From a bacterium (GTDB taxonomy: Bacteria; JAHJDO01), in contig JBDRTG010000047.1 of NCBI GenBank assembly GCA_043824255.1, forward strand, positions 281,798 through 345,797: DNA of 64,000 bases, given 5' to 3'. The position numbers and the translations under genes are program-made. The notes under the pieces are model-generated. The model ran no database searches, was not told where the DNA came from, and saw only the letters and a program-made list of their open reading frames with translations. Shown here piece after piece: positions 53,241-63,431 of the stretch. How positions within the stretch are numbered: position 1 is the stretch's first letter; every line of letters begins with the position of its first letter.

Positions 53241-53722
53241 GGTAAAAGCTTCAACAATCCTTCCACCTTACTTGATAATTTCTTTATATCTGCAATCTTT
53301 TGTTTATATACATGTGTGACTTTTTTATCCTCTTTATTAAGTTGCTTCCCTGCGCTTTGAAGCATTTCCTCTGCTCCGGATAATCCATCATCTATCTCTT
53401 TTGTTCTCTTTGTTAATCCTTCTTTAAGACGGTTTTTAACTATTCCCAGAATATCTTCATTCGCTTTATAAAAATTACGCCTGCTTCCTTTTACCCATAC
53501 CTTTTTTACTGCGCCCCATCTTTCAAGTGCGCGAATATTTACGCTTACGTTCCCCTTGCTTACTTTCAGGACATGTGTAATTTCATCAAGTGAGACCGGG
53601 TCACTGGAGATATATAGAAGCGCATACATTTGACCGGCAATTGAATTCAATCCGAGATTTCCTGCCATGCTTCCGGCAATTTCAATAAAATAGTCGCGCA
53701 CTTTTTCTATTTCTGAATTCAT
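53237..53722 (-). CDS. GbsR/MarR family transcriptional regulator
   Basis: GQMYALLY, SLDEI..LKVSKGNVS, GSRRNFY. Confidence 0.88.
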   Translation of the reverse strand: MNSEIEKVRDYFIEIAGSMAGNLGLNSIAGQMYALLYISSDPVSLDEITHVLKVSKGNVSVNIRALERWGAVKKVWVKGSRRNFYKANEDILGIVKNRLKEGLTKRTKEIDDGLSGAEEMLQSAGKQLNKEDKKVTHVYKQKIADIKKLSSKVEGLLKLLP

Positions 53723-53748
53723 AATAAAATACCCTTATGTTTTTTTGC

Positions 53749-53797
53749 GTTTAGAATGTTCTAAACATAGAATAAGATAGAAACCGATAAATGTCAA
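53749..53797 (-). promoter_or_regulatory. Promoter and palindromic operator of the glycan operon
   Basis: Minus strand TTGACA(53797-92)-17 bp-TATTCT(53774-69), then GTTTAGAA-N2-TTCTAAAC (53749-53766). Confidence 0.7.
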
Positions 53798-53815
53798 GAA
53801 TTGATTTAAAGACTG

Positions 53816-54196
53816 TTACGGTTTGTTGCTCAAATTCTTTGCAACAATATATGAGGATATTTTATTTCTTTCGCTTTCTAATAGGTTGGAGAATAATATG
53901 GCTATATTATATTTGCCTTTGTATTTGGATAGTTCTGTACGAACAACAACGCCGCTGCAGTGGACACGAAAGAACTCACCCCTTGATGGGAAAGTGGTTG
54001 GAATTAACATGTCTAAATCAAGCTTTGTCATTAGAGAAATTTTTTTATTTACTTCGCAATAGATGCCTGAACAGCTGATATTATCAACCTTTGTCCTTAT
54101 TGCCTCAAAACCATTATCTATATTCGCATGAAAATCGGCTTTGGCTCTCGGATATCTTCGTCTTTCTACTCCTCTTTCAAATATACTCATAATCAA
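53816..54196 (-). CDS. Stand-alone PilZ domain protein
   Basis: ERRRYPR (RxxxR) and NISCSG (D/NxSxxG). Confidence 0.88.
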   Translation of the reverse strand: MIMSIFERGVERRRYPRAKADFHANIDNGFEAIRTKVDNISCSGIYCEVNKKISLMTKLDLDMLIPTTFPSRGEFFRVHCSGVVVRTELSKYKGKYNIAILFSNLLESERNKISSYIVAKNLSNKP

Positions 54197-54289
54197 ATAA
54201 ATTTCGTTTTCTTATTCTCAAAATTATTATAGCATTTAATACACAATCTGCCAATTGTTTTTCTTATAATCCTAATATATAATGAGTGA

Positions 54290-55873
54290 ATGACTGCTCT
54301 TCGAAAAATTACTGATTATACAAGAAAAGCTCCTAACCCACTTTTAAGCAATAATTCTGCTTTTATAGTTTTAGGTTTTTTGTGTATTGGACTTCTGAAT
54401 ATTCTAACGCATGAAATGTGGCGGGATGAACTGCAAGCTTGGCTCATTGCCAAGGATAGTGTCTCCGTTATGAATCTGTTTAGCAATCTGAGATACGAAG
54501 GACACCCTGCGTTGTGGCATATGTGCCTTTACTTTATCAGCAGGTTTACGGCCCAGCCAATTGCAATGCAATTCTTTCACTTACTATTAGCTGCAACAAC
54601 AATATACCTTTTTACAAGATTTTCGCCGTTTACAAAGTTACAAAAGATATTATTTGCTTTTGGTTACTTTCCTCTTTATGAATACGCTGCCATAAGCAGA
54701 AATTATGCAATGGGTGTTCTGTTTATCTTTTGCTTCTGCAGTGTGTTTCGAACCCGTACCAAAAACTATCTCGTTCTATCCTGTATTCTGTTCATGCTTG
54801 CTCAAACCAGTGTCTACGGCTTAATGATCGCTATCTGTTTTGGATTTACGCTGATCATGGAGTATGTTCTTGATAGGAACCTGCGAAAATCATTGCGTAC
54901 AGGAAGAACGGAACTTATTATCAGTATCGCTATATTCATTCTTGGCATTATGGGTTCTGTTTTTCAACTTATTCCGCCCCTTGATAGCGGAGAAAGAATC
55001 TGGGGGATGAATATCGATTTAAGACGCATCACACGTGTAATTACAATCCCTTGGAAAAGTTTTATTCCAATTCCAGAGTTCATGAATACTAAATTTATTG
55101 TTTCTACAATACTCCCTTCCCGGATTCCTAGCGTAATCCTATCCATCCTTCTGTTATGTTTCTCTCTTCTGCTTTTTGTGCGAAAGCCTGTTGTGATTTT
55201 TTTATATATTTCTGCAACTATTGGGCTTCTAATGTTTTCCTGCCTTATACACTTTGGTGAGTTAAGACATCACGGACATCTGTTTATCTTGTTTATCGCA
55301 TGTTTGTGGATTTCAGATTATTATACTGATATGGAATTAAAATCGCAGGTTTTTAACAATCTGGCTAGATTTTGCAAAAAACACAAAAACAGGTTTATTG
55401 TTGTGCTTCTGTCTATTCATCTCATCTTAGGCATTATTGCAAGTAGTGTGGATTGGTTTTACCCATTTTCTGCAGGCAAAGAAACAGCAAAATTCATTAA
55501 AGATAAGCAAATGAATAATATGTTAATGCTTGGAGATATGGATTTTCCAGCATCTGTTGTAGCTGGTTATCTTAATCGCAAGATTTATTACACTCAGAGT
55601 AATAGATTTGGCTCTTTCATTATCTGGAATAACAAAAGAGGGGGCCTCAGTGCCCATGAAATTCTTAAAAGAGCTCAGGAACTGACACTACAGAGAAAAG
55701 AAGACATGTTGCTTATTATGAATTACGAACTTGATATATCCTCTGCTTTAAATCCTATTGTCAAGATTAAAGAATTCAAAAAAAGTATTGTGCCCAACGA
55801 GAAGTATTACCTATATCTCATGAGTTATGATACAAGGGAAACATCATGTCGGATCAAAAAACAGCTATTATAA
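54290..55873 (+). CDS. Polytopic membrane protein, possibly a GT-C-fold glycosyltransferase
   Basis: HEMWRDE loop after the first transmembrane helix, YEGHP, many transmembrane segments, soluble C-terminal tail. Confidence 0.55.
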   Translation: MTALRKITDYTRKAPNPLLSNNSAFIVLGFLCIGLLNILTHEMWRDELQAWLIAKDSVSVMNLFSNLRYEGHPALWHMCLYFISRFTAQPIAMQFFHLLLAATTIYLFTRFSPFTKLQKILFAFGYFPLYEYAAISRNYAMGVLFIFCFCSVFRTRTKNYLVLSCILFMLAQTSVYGLMIAICFGFTLIMEYVLDRNLRKSLRTGRTELIISIAIFILGIMGSVFQLIPPLDSGERIWGMNIDLRRITRVITIPWKSFIPIPEFMNTKFIVSTILPSRIPSVILSILLLCFSLLLFVRKPVVIFLYISATIGLLMFSCLIHFGELRHHGHLFILFIACLWISDYYTDMELKSQVFNNLARFCKKHKNRFIVVLLSIHLILGIIASSVDWFYPFSAGKETAKFIKDKQMNNMLMLGDMDFPASVVAGYLNRKIYYTQSNRFGSFIIWNNKRGGLSAHEILKRAQELTLQRKEDMLLIMNYELDISSALNPIVKIKEFKKSIVPNEKYYLYLMSYDTRETSCRIKKQLL

Positions 55874-57312
55874 TTGGAGCAGGTCCCGCAGGTCTAACTG
55901 CAGCTTACGAACTGCTAAATAGAACAGATATCAAACCTATTATTTATGAGATGACAGAAGATATTGGCGGTATTTCCAAGACAATAAATTATAAAGGCAA
56001 TAGAATAGATATAGGAGGGCACAGATTCTTCTCTAAATCTGACAGAGTTATGCAGTGGTGGCAGAATATCCTTCCTTCACAAATGTTAACTCGCACCCGG
56101 CTTTCAAGAATCTTTTTCCTGCGAAAATTATTTGATTATCCTATTTCTTTAAACCTTAACACATTCTCAAATCTTGGATTTATACGAATTATTAAGATAG
56201 GTCTGAGTTATATCCAAACACGATTTTCTCCAATAAAAAACGAAGGATCTCTCGAAGACTTTTTTATCAACAGATTTGGCAAAGAGCTGTATCTTACATT
56301 CTTTAAAGATTATACAGAAAAGGTCTGGGGAATCCCCTGTAACAAGATTAGGCCTGAATGGGGCAGACAAAGAATAAAAGGTTTGTCTATTAGTAAAGCT
56401 CTGCTTCATGCTGTGAAAAAGCAGAAAAATACAGAGACCAGTCTAATTGGACAATTTATGTATCCTAAATTTGGCCCGGGTCAAATGTGGGAACAAGTTG
56501 CCAGAATCATTAAAGAAAAGGGTGGAGAAATATATCTAAAGCATAAAGTCATAGGGCTTAAGCACTATGATTATGATAATAAAATAGTTGAAGCTGTTGT
56601 AAAAGAGAAAACTACTAATGAGCTGATAACTAAGACAGCAGATTATTTTTTCTCAACAATGCCTGTTAAAGATCTGCTACAATCTCTTGGCAATGATATG
56701 CCACAAGAGATTCAGCAGGTAGCCCAAGGATTGATGTATCGTGATTTTATAACAGTTGGCTTACTCCTAAGAAAGTTGAAAATAAAGAATAAAACTAAAA
56801 TAAAAACCATCAATAATATTGTCCCTGATAACTGGATTTATATTCAAGAAAGGGACGTAAAACTTGGCAGGATTCAGATATTTAATAACTGGAGTCCTTA
56901 CATGGTTAAGGATGAAAATACTGTTTGGATAGGATTGGAATATTTTTGTAATGAAGGAGATGAATTATGGAATAAGGCTGATGAGAGTTTTGCCAAGTTT
57001 GCAATTAATGAATTAGCTAAAATTGATATTATAGAAAAAGAAGATGTGCTTGATAGTGTTGTCATTCGAATGCCAAAAACCTATCCAGCTTATTTTGGCA
57101 CATATGACCAATTTCATGTGATCAAAAACTTTACTGATAAATTTGAAAACCTGTTTTTAATAGGCAGAAATGGTATGCATAGGTATAATAATCAAGATCA
57201 TTCTATGCTTACAGCAATGGTGGCTGTTGAAAACATTATCAATAATATTAAATCCAAACACAATATTTGGGCTGTAAATACTGAAGATGAATATCATGAG
57301 GAGAAATTATGA
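55846..57312 (+). CDS. FAD-dependent oxidoreductase (HemY/UDP-galactopyranose mutase-like)
   Basis: [31 protein letters not shown]. Confidence 0.85.
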   Translation: MSDQKTAIIIGAGPAGLTAAYELLNRTDIKPIIYEMTEDIGGISKTINYKGNRIDIGGHRFFSKSDRVMQWWQNILPSQMLTRTRLSRIFFLRKLFDYPISLNLNTFSNLGFIRIIKIGLSYIQTRFSPIKNEGSLEDFFINRFGKELYLTFFKDYTEKVWGIPCNKIRPEWGRQRIKGLSISKALLHAVKKQKNTETSLIGQFMYPKFGPGQMWEQVARIIKEKGGEIYLKHKVIGLKHYDYDNKIVEAVVKEKTTNELITKTADYFFSTMPVKDLLQSLGNDMPQEIQQVAQGLMYRDFITVGLLLRKLKIKNKTKIKTINNIVPDNWIYIQERDVKLGRIQIFNNWSPYMVKDENTVWIGLEYFCNEGDELWNKADESFAKFAINELAKIDIIEKEDVLDSVVIRMPKTYPAYFGTYDQFHVIKNFTDKFENLFLIGRNGMHRYNNQDHSMLTAMVAVENIINNIKSKHNIWAVNTEDEYHEEKL

Positions 57313-57782
57313 AAATTCTAAATACCATAATATTGATTCTGCTAATCTTATTTAAGACACATCCAGCTTTTTGTAAACAGAAGAAACAGATATCTGTTGG
57401 CTTGCACGAGCGAACAAGCGAGGATACAAGTATAGTCACTTCGCGTGAACCAAGATGGCACGGGACCACACAGGTTGATAAGAAAGTTGCACGCATATTA
57501 TATGATAGTAGTGAATATATCCTAGAAGTACGGGTTGATAAGAAGATTGGTTTTATGGAGATTTTTGTTGATTCAATATTCAGAGATCTAGTTAAAAACC
57601 ATTCTCCAAAAGCTACTATAGAAATAGAGAGGTGGTGGAGACTAGCTTCTGAAAATCTGCAGACTGATGCGTTTTCTATGAGGATAAAATGGATAGGATA
57701 TAAGAAATTCAAGGCATTAGTAGCAGATGTGTTTTATATCAAAAATTCCGATAAAGTAAAAATCAGGACATATACCCATTAA
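57309..57782 (+). CDS. Hypothetical protein with N-terminal signal/transmembrane segment
   Basis: ATGA overlap with the upstream gene; ends 2 bp before xerC. Confidence 0.65.
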   Translation: MKILNTIILILLILFKTHPAFCKQKKQISVGLHERTSEDTSIVTSREPRWHGTTQVDKKVARILYDSSEYILEVRVDKKIGFMEIFVDSIFRDLVKNHSPKATIEIERWWRLASENLQTDAFSMRIKWIGYKKFKALVADVFYIKNSDKVKIRTYTH

Positions 57783-57784
57783 AA

Positions 57785-58690
57785 ATGGATATCAAGGCAT
57801 ATGCAAACGAATTTATTACATACCTGGAAATTGAGCGCAATGTGTCAGAATACACTATTAAAGCTTACTCATCTGACATTAAGCAATTCTTAGAATTTTT
57901 AAAATCAAATAAAGAAGAATTTGAAAACATTACGCACAGAACTATAAGAAAATTTCTGGCACATTTACAAAACAAAGCCTACTCAAATAAATCCATAGAA
58001 AGAAAACTTGCTACAATCAGGTCTTTTTTCAAGTTTCTCGTAAGAGAAGGATATCAAAAAACAAATCCCACACTGGTTGTTTCTAGCCCGAAAACTGATA
58101 AAAAATTGCCGGAATTTCTTACTGTAGAGAATATGATTAAATTAATAGAAAAACCTGACGAAAGTGATGTATTAGGAATAAGAGATAGAGCTATATTTGA
58201 AACACTCTATTCAACAGGCATAAGAGTTGGAGAACTTACGCAACTTAATATCTATGACATAGATTTTGGCGGTGGAACTATAAAGGTTAAGGGCAAAGGA
58301 AACAAACAACGCATTGTTCCTATTGGAGACACGGCTCTGGATGTAATAAACAGATATTCTGTTGTTAGAAGCACATTATTTAATAATAAAAATATCGGCA
58401 TAACTGAGGACAGACAAGCATTATTTCTTGATAAATGGGGAGGCAGACTTACTTCAAGAAGCGTTGAGAGAATTGTACGTAAGTATATTGTGGAGATTCC
58501 AAAAACGTTGGGAATCACTCCGCATACTTTCAGGCACAGTTTCGCAACACATCTTTTGGATGCTGGCGCTGATCTCAGATCCGTACAGGAATTGCTTGGA
58601 CATGTAAGTTTATCAACAACACAAATATACACTCATCTTACACCTGAAAAACTGAAAAGAACGTATAAAAAAGCTCACCCTAGGGCATGA
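57785..58690 (+). CDS. xerC: Tyrosine recombinase XerC
   Basis: YSTGIRVGE, KGKGNKQR, HTFRHSFATHLL, GADLRSVQELLGH, TTQIY. Confidence 0.9.
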   Translation: MDIKAYANEFITYLEIERNVSEYTIKAYSSDIKQFLEFLKSNKEEFENITHRTIRKFLAHLQNKAYSNKSIERKLATIRSFFKFLVREGYQKTNPTLVVSSPKTDKKLPEFLTVENMIKLIEKPDESDVLGIRDRAIFETLYSTGIRVGELTQLNIYDIDFGGGTIKVKGKGNKQRIVPIGDTALDVINRYSVVRSTLFNNKNIGITEDRQALFLDKWGGRLTSRSVERIVRKYIVEIPKTLGITPHTFRHSFATHLLDAGADLRSVQELLGHVSLSTTQIYTHLTPEKLKRTYKKAHPRA

Positions 58691-58784
58691 AATACTGTTT
58701 GGCAATTATAAAGATTTGACCCCTTTTTCTTCTTTTTCTTTTAACTTATATTTCAGAGACCAGACTACTCCTGATAAGCTCCCT

Positions 58785-61676
58785 TTACCATTCTTGCACA
58801 AGACAGTCGTAACCGGGAACTTTTAGTTTTGCTTTCTTCGGGTAATCGGGTCTCTTGAGAAGAACGTCTTCAGGGAAGGAGTTTCTGTTAAAGATAACGG
58901 TGATGAGTTTATTTCTCTTCTGCCAGGTTACTATCTCTACGTTCCCTTGTTTTACTTCTACTAATTTATCAGCCCTTTTCCCTTTTAAGAAGAAATCCTC
59001 ATATTTAGCTAAAAGGGCATTGGCTTCCCTGATCGGCAAAGTCAATTGGTCATCCATGCCCCAGATACCGGTAAAAGACCAGCCGAAACTGCCGCATACA
59101 GCCACAAGTTTAACAATATTGTTTTTTATATTACACAACTCGGCATATACCCTGTTTGCATCAACACCATATAACCACTGATCAGAGTAGGGAAATACAT
59201 TAAGTTGAATAAGTATCCTTGGCGGAACATGGTTTTCTGGTAGTCCTTTCATGAGACCGGTGTTTAATGCTGCCGCTGTACCGGGACTAGGGGGGCAGAA
59301 AACCCGCTGCATCGCAAAATCCAGATAAGGAGCAGCCATTGTCCAATCAACCCCATATGCTTGGCGGCTATAATCACCAACTGGCCCACTATAAATACCA
59401 AAAGTGGCATTCGGATTGCTTTCCCTGGCTGCCTGGCGAAGAAGCCGCCAGACCCTGGTGTTCTGCCAGCACTTGAAGTCCACCCATTTTTCATAAAGCG
59501 GCCCGCAACACTCCTCTATTGTCGGCACGTGGTCTAGTCCGGCATAGTCTTGAAAAGCCTTCAGGCAGCGGGGACACATGCAGACCTGTCTATATGTCCC
59601 TGAACTGTATGGTTTGAAGCGAACTTTCCGATAAGGGGCCGCAGCAATCTCAAAATCCCAGAACACTCCGTCAAGATTGTTGAGCCTGACACTCTTTTTT
59701 ACTATCTCATAGTACCTTCCCAGCCAGGGGTTCTCCCGACCGGAGCCAATCTTAACAGGCGGATCATCATATTTGCCCCCATCCAGCCCATGGGTCAGAC
59801 AGACCCGGTAGTCAGGGGTCTTATGCCCTTTATAGGTAATTGCCCGGAATTCCGGGTGTTTTTCGCAGTAGCTTCTGGCTTTGGGGTCATAAAAAAAATG
59901 CATATAGGCGCGCGTTCGTATTCCCAGCTTTTTTGCTTCCTGTGCGATAGGAATATTGAGATCCGCCTCTTCAACAGGAACTTCAAATTTAATATCTTCC
60001 ATTTGCGGCTCGATCGTGTTCAGTCCCCATGAATCAAATTTCTCCAGATAAACTTTCTGGACAGCAAGTGATTCCCTCTGCAAACAAGTTTCACATATCC
60101 AAACCGAAGTGTCTATTTTTTGCGGTTTTATCGTTTGGCCCGCCTTGAGCAGAATAATATTCCCTTCCCTGTAAATTTTGCCTTTTTTATCTTCAATGCT
60201 CCAAAATATTTTATCAGGCAGCGTAATTTTTGTATCAACATCGAAAATAAAGGTGCGGGTGTAGTATGGTTTTTTGGCCAAGATATCTTTGACCGACATA
60301 GATGGGCTTTTTATTTCTTCTCCTTTCGCCTGGCAGGCAATTAAATATTTTTTGCCGGGAATCAGGGCTATTCTTTGCTGTGCTCCCCCGTGGCCGGAAA
60401 CCAGGCCTGCTTCCGAATCCTTCTCCGAAAGCCAATAGGTTGCCTGTTTACCTTTTTCCAATTTCATGACAATTGGTTCTTTTCTTTGAAAATTGAAAAT
60501 AATTTTACCAGTATCTGCTTCTTTGATTTGTAAACTTCTAAAACGTAAAGTGCCCGAGAAAGTGGGATTTTGAGGCCATTTTAGAAGTAATGGTATGGCT
60601 CCGAAGATACCCTCCGCTATAGTCAGCTCTTTTTCAAAGGTTTGCCAGTCAAATGTGCCGATAAACTTAATAATTGGCGTATACGCGAGCCCTTTACCAT
60701 TTTTATTAAGATAAAGTAAGTGAAGTTCCATACCGTCATATGCTTCATTTAATACGTCAGGGGAATAAAATAACAGGTTCCTGTTTTCTTTTTTAAGGGT
60801 TGCCTGTGTGACAATTTCTTCTTTTGGATTGATTCGAGAATTTATATCCGTAGCCGCAACATTTATTGGGCTAAGTTTAATCTTTTTCGGTAAATTAAGT
60901 TTTAAAGTATATTCTTCATCCGGTAAGCTTTCTACGTAGGGCAGTCGTGGATGAAGCATAAGCTGCCCGCCGGGAGTCACTTCAATCTTTTTAGCAAAGA
61001 AGGGCTGTTGATGAATTGATGCTAAAGAGGGTAAAGGCGATTTCGCCTTTGCCCTTTCATCTGCTAACCTTAACTCCAGTTCATCAAAGTAGACTGTCCC
61101 AATAAACTTCTCTTCGTTTTGTTTCCACACCAGGCACCAATAAATGATACCTTTAATCTTTTTTTCCGGGTCAGTAGTAAAGGTAATACTATAGGTCTTC
61201 CATCTGTTGAGGTTGTCTGCTATCTCGCTTGAGGATAAAACAGAACTGAAGCCTTTCTCCGTTTTGTCAGTGTAACGAACTGTAATATACGCTTTGTATA
61301 TTCTTCCCTGAGTGTAAGAGGCAATATAGATGCTGTTAGTGGCGCTAAAGGTGCCGTGTTCCGGGAAACCGGTCGGAATGCGTATATTGGTACCTCCCAG
61401 ACCTTTCTCCTCTTCTTTTCCTGAACCGCTTATTTTACAGCTCCAGGGACCGGAGATATCAGGCGCATAACTTTTATCCTTGCTTCTTTCGTAACCGCAT
61501 TGATAGACACCCCAGCCTAAAGCCTTTTCCTCCGTTTCTTTGGCAGGTTGTTCAAAAGAGGGATTCGGCACCAGATTAACCGCTCCTTTCCGGCTCTCTT
61601 CCCCCCTTGCCTGACTGGCGCATAACATCAACACACAACTAATTGCCAAAGCAAAACTTACTCTCACATTTCGCAT
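58785..61676 (-). CDS. Large secreted protein with a CBM-like N-terminus and a putative glycoside-hydrolase-like barrel
   Basis: Signal peptide, NLVPNPSFE, GTFDWQ, DGVFWDFE, CMCPRC...W..F; GGAGG RBS. Confidence 0.6.
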   Translation of the reverse strand: MRNVRVSFALAISCVLMLCASQARGEESRKGAVNLVPNPSFEQPAKETEEKALGWGVYQCGYERSKDKSYAPDISGPWSCKISGSGKEEEKGLGGTNIRIPTGFPEHGTFSATNSIYIASYTQGRIYKAYITVRYTDKTEKGFSSVLSSSEIADNLNRWKTYSITFTTDPEKKIKGIIYWCLVWKQNEEKFIGTVYFDELELRLADERAKAKSPLPSLASIHQQPFFAKKIEVTPGGQLMLHPRLPYVESLPDEEYTLKLNLPKKIKLSPINVAATDINSRINPKEEIVTQATLKKENRNLLFYSPDVLNEAYDGMELHLLYLNKNGKGLAYTPIIKFIGTFDWQTFEKELTIAEGIFGAIPLLLKWPQNPTFSGTLRFRSLQIKEADTGKIIFNFQRKEPIVMKLEKGKQATYWLSEKDSEAGLVSGHGGAQQRIALIPGKKYLIACQAKGEEIKSPSMSVKDILAKKPYYTRTFIFDVDTKITLPDKIFWSIEDKKGKIYREGNIILLKAGQTIKPQKIDTSVWICETCLQRESLAVQKVYLEKFDSWGLNTIEPQMEDIKFEVPVEEADLNIPIAQEAKKLGIRTRAYMHFFYDPKARSYCEKHPEFRAITYKGHKTPDYRVCLTHGLDGGKYDDPPVKIGSGRENPWLGRYYEIVKKSVRLNNLDGVFWDFEIAAAPYRKVRFKPYSSGTYRQVCMCPRCLKAFQDYAGLDHVPTIEECCGPLYEKWVDFKCWQNTRVWRLLRQAARESNPNATFGIYSGPVGDYSRQAYGVDWTMAAPYLDFAMQRVFCPPSPGTAAALNTGLMKGLPENHVPPRILIQLNVFPYSDQWLYGVDANRVYAELCNIKNNIVKLVAVCGSFGWSFTGIWGMDDQLTLPIREANALLAKYEDFFLKGKRADKLVEVKQGNVEIVTWQKRNKLITVIFNRNSFPEDVLLKRPDYPKKAKLKVPGYDCLVQEW

Positions 61677-61765
61677 TACACGTTACCTCCTTGTTTGTTA
61701 CAGTTATTAGTCTCCTGTAAAATTCACAACTCACTGTTACACAGGAAGTTGCAAACATTAATTTC

Positions 61766-61794
61766 TTGACTTTCCCCTCCAGCCTTGATATAAT
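61766..61794 (+). promoter_or_regulatory. Transposase promoter
   Basis: TTGACT-17 bp-TATAAT with an extended -10 TG. Confidence 0.7.
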
Positions 61795-61844
61795 GTAACT
61801 GCTTCTCAAATAATAAGTTACAACAAAAACCGAAAGGAAAAGTC

Positions 61845-63152
61845 ATGCAAAACTTTCAACTTTCTCTCTTCTACGACTTACAACTATTAATTCAAAGATC
61901 AAACTTCTACAGAAAATATTATCTACTTTTTACAGCTCTTGATCTATCTAATATCCATGACAAGAATTATGGCGTTGGCCGCACTGGCTATTCCCACCAT
62001 GCTATGATCAGAGCCTTTATTGTCAAACATCTTGAACAACTTAAAACTGTTCCCAAACTTATTGAGTTTCTTGACGCTCATCCAGTCCTTAGCGAAATGT
62101 GCGGTTTCACCATGGGCATACTTCCTGACGAAACCCAGTTCTATCGCTTCCTTAAAAAAACTCCTAATTCTTTGCTCGAAAGTATTCATATTCGACTCAA
62201 TTGCAAACTTGTCCAAGAAAAAATTCTTTCTCTTGATAAATTCATCATTGATTCCAAGCCTGTCATGGCTGCTACAAAAGAAAACAACTTCAAAAATCCA
62301 AATCGCAATACCACCAATAAACATAAACAACCCAAACACAATCCTTCTGCAACTCTGAGTTTTTATTCCTACCAGCAAGTTAATGGCAAGAAAGACAAAT
62401 TTATTTTCTTCTGGGGCTATCGCAGTCATGTCATTGTCTCCAAAGAAGGCATTGCTCTTGTTGAGGTTACTCTTCCCAACAACAAAACCGATGCTCATGT
62501 TGCTAAAAGACTTATCAGAAAGCTCAAGCGTGTCTTTCACTTCCAGAGAGGGAGCATATTTATTGCTGATGCTGCTTATGATCAAAGAGAGCTTTACAAT
62601 TTTATTGTTGATGAGTTAAAGTGCCATGCTTTTATCCCAATAAATCCCAGAAATCAGCAGGAGCCAAAAACATTTGGTACGCACGGCTGTCCTTTATGCG
62701 AAGCTGGATTAGAGATGAAATTCGATGGCATATGGACTGAAGGACTCAGAACAAGAGCCAAGTTTCGCTGCCCTATTAAAACTAATCACAAATTTGCTCG
62801 TAAGTATCCAGATGGTTGTCCAATCTCTCATCACAGATTCTCTGAAGGCAAAGCCTATGGATGCACTAAACATTTAGACATAACCGATGATGCTCGCTCT
62901 CGAGTGCCTCGGGATAGCAACCTCTTTAAGAATACCTTCAATCTTCGCACTGAGGTTGAGCGTTACTTTGCTCGCCTTGGAGACAGAGAAGCTGAGCAAA
63001 CTACTCTATACAAACTCCGTTCTGTCCAGAATCAGCTCACTATTGCTCATCTCTCTTTGAGCTTGGTTGCCTATGCTGCTGCTCTCCTCTTGAAGCAACC
63101 AGAAAAGATCAGATGTTATCGCACCTTTGCCAATTATTCTAAAGCTGCCTGA
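61845..63152 (+). CDS. DDE transposase
   Basis: IIDSKP, ADAAYD, RTEVERYF. Confidence 0.9.
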   Translation: MQNFQLSLFYDLQLLIQRSNFYRKYYLLFTALDLSNIHDKNYGVGRTGYSHHAMIRAFIVKHLEQLKTVPKLIEFLDAHPVLSEMCGFTMGILPDETQFYRFLKKTPNSLLESIHIRLNCKLVQEKILSLDKFIIDSKPVMAATKENNFKNPNRNTTNKHKQPKHNPSATLSFYSYQQVNGKKDKFIFFWGYRSHVIVSKEGIALVEVTLPNNKTDAHVAKRLIRKLKRVFHFQRGSIFIADAAYDQRELYNFIVDELKCHAFIPINPRNQQEPKTFGTHGCPLCEAGLEMKFDGIWTEGLRTRAKFRCPIKTNHKFARKYPDGCPISHHRFSEGKAYGCTKHLDITDDARSRVPRDSNLFKNTFNLRTEVERYFARLGDREAEQTTLYKLRSVQNQLTIAHLSLSLVAYAAALLLKQPEKIRCYRTFANYSKAA

Positions 63153-63431
63153 CAAATACTAATTTTCAAAGAACAATTTATTCTACAGCAGGCGAACTAT
63201 GTCTTAATCCGCCCAATTTCTTCTGAAATTCTCTCCAAATCCTTTTTTCTGCTTTCAATGTGCATTTTTATCTTTTTTTATTCTACTTCTCTTCTTCTAT
63301 CTTTCTTTAATTTCCCATTTTGCAGGACTCTAGTTACAGTTATAGTTAGTACTTTTAATACTTTGTTAAATTTTCCCTTAAACTCACCCCCTCTCTTCGC
63401 AAAAATTGATCAAGATATTTTTTCCCTTTTA

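Larger units (their letters stand above)
61708..63332 (+). mobile_element. Insertion sequence, 1625 bp, DDE type (IS4/IS5-like)
   Basis: Left end TAGTCTCCTGTAAAAT vs reverse-complemented right end TAGAGTCCTGCAAAAT (13/16 match); 11-bp direct repeat GTTACAGTTAT at 61697-61707 and 63333-63343. Confidence 0.92.

Noticed and set aside
57785..58690. Possible prophage or island integrase
   Set aside because: Size and motifs fit housekeeping XerC; no phage genes or att repeats were seen.
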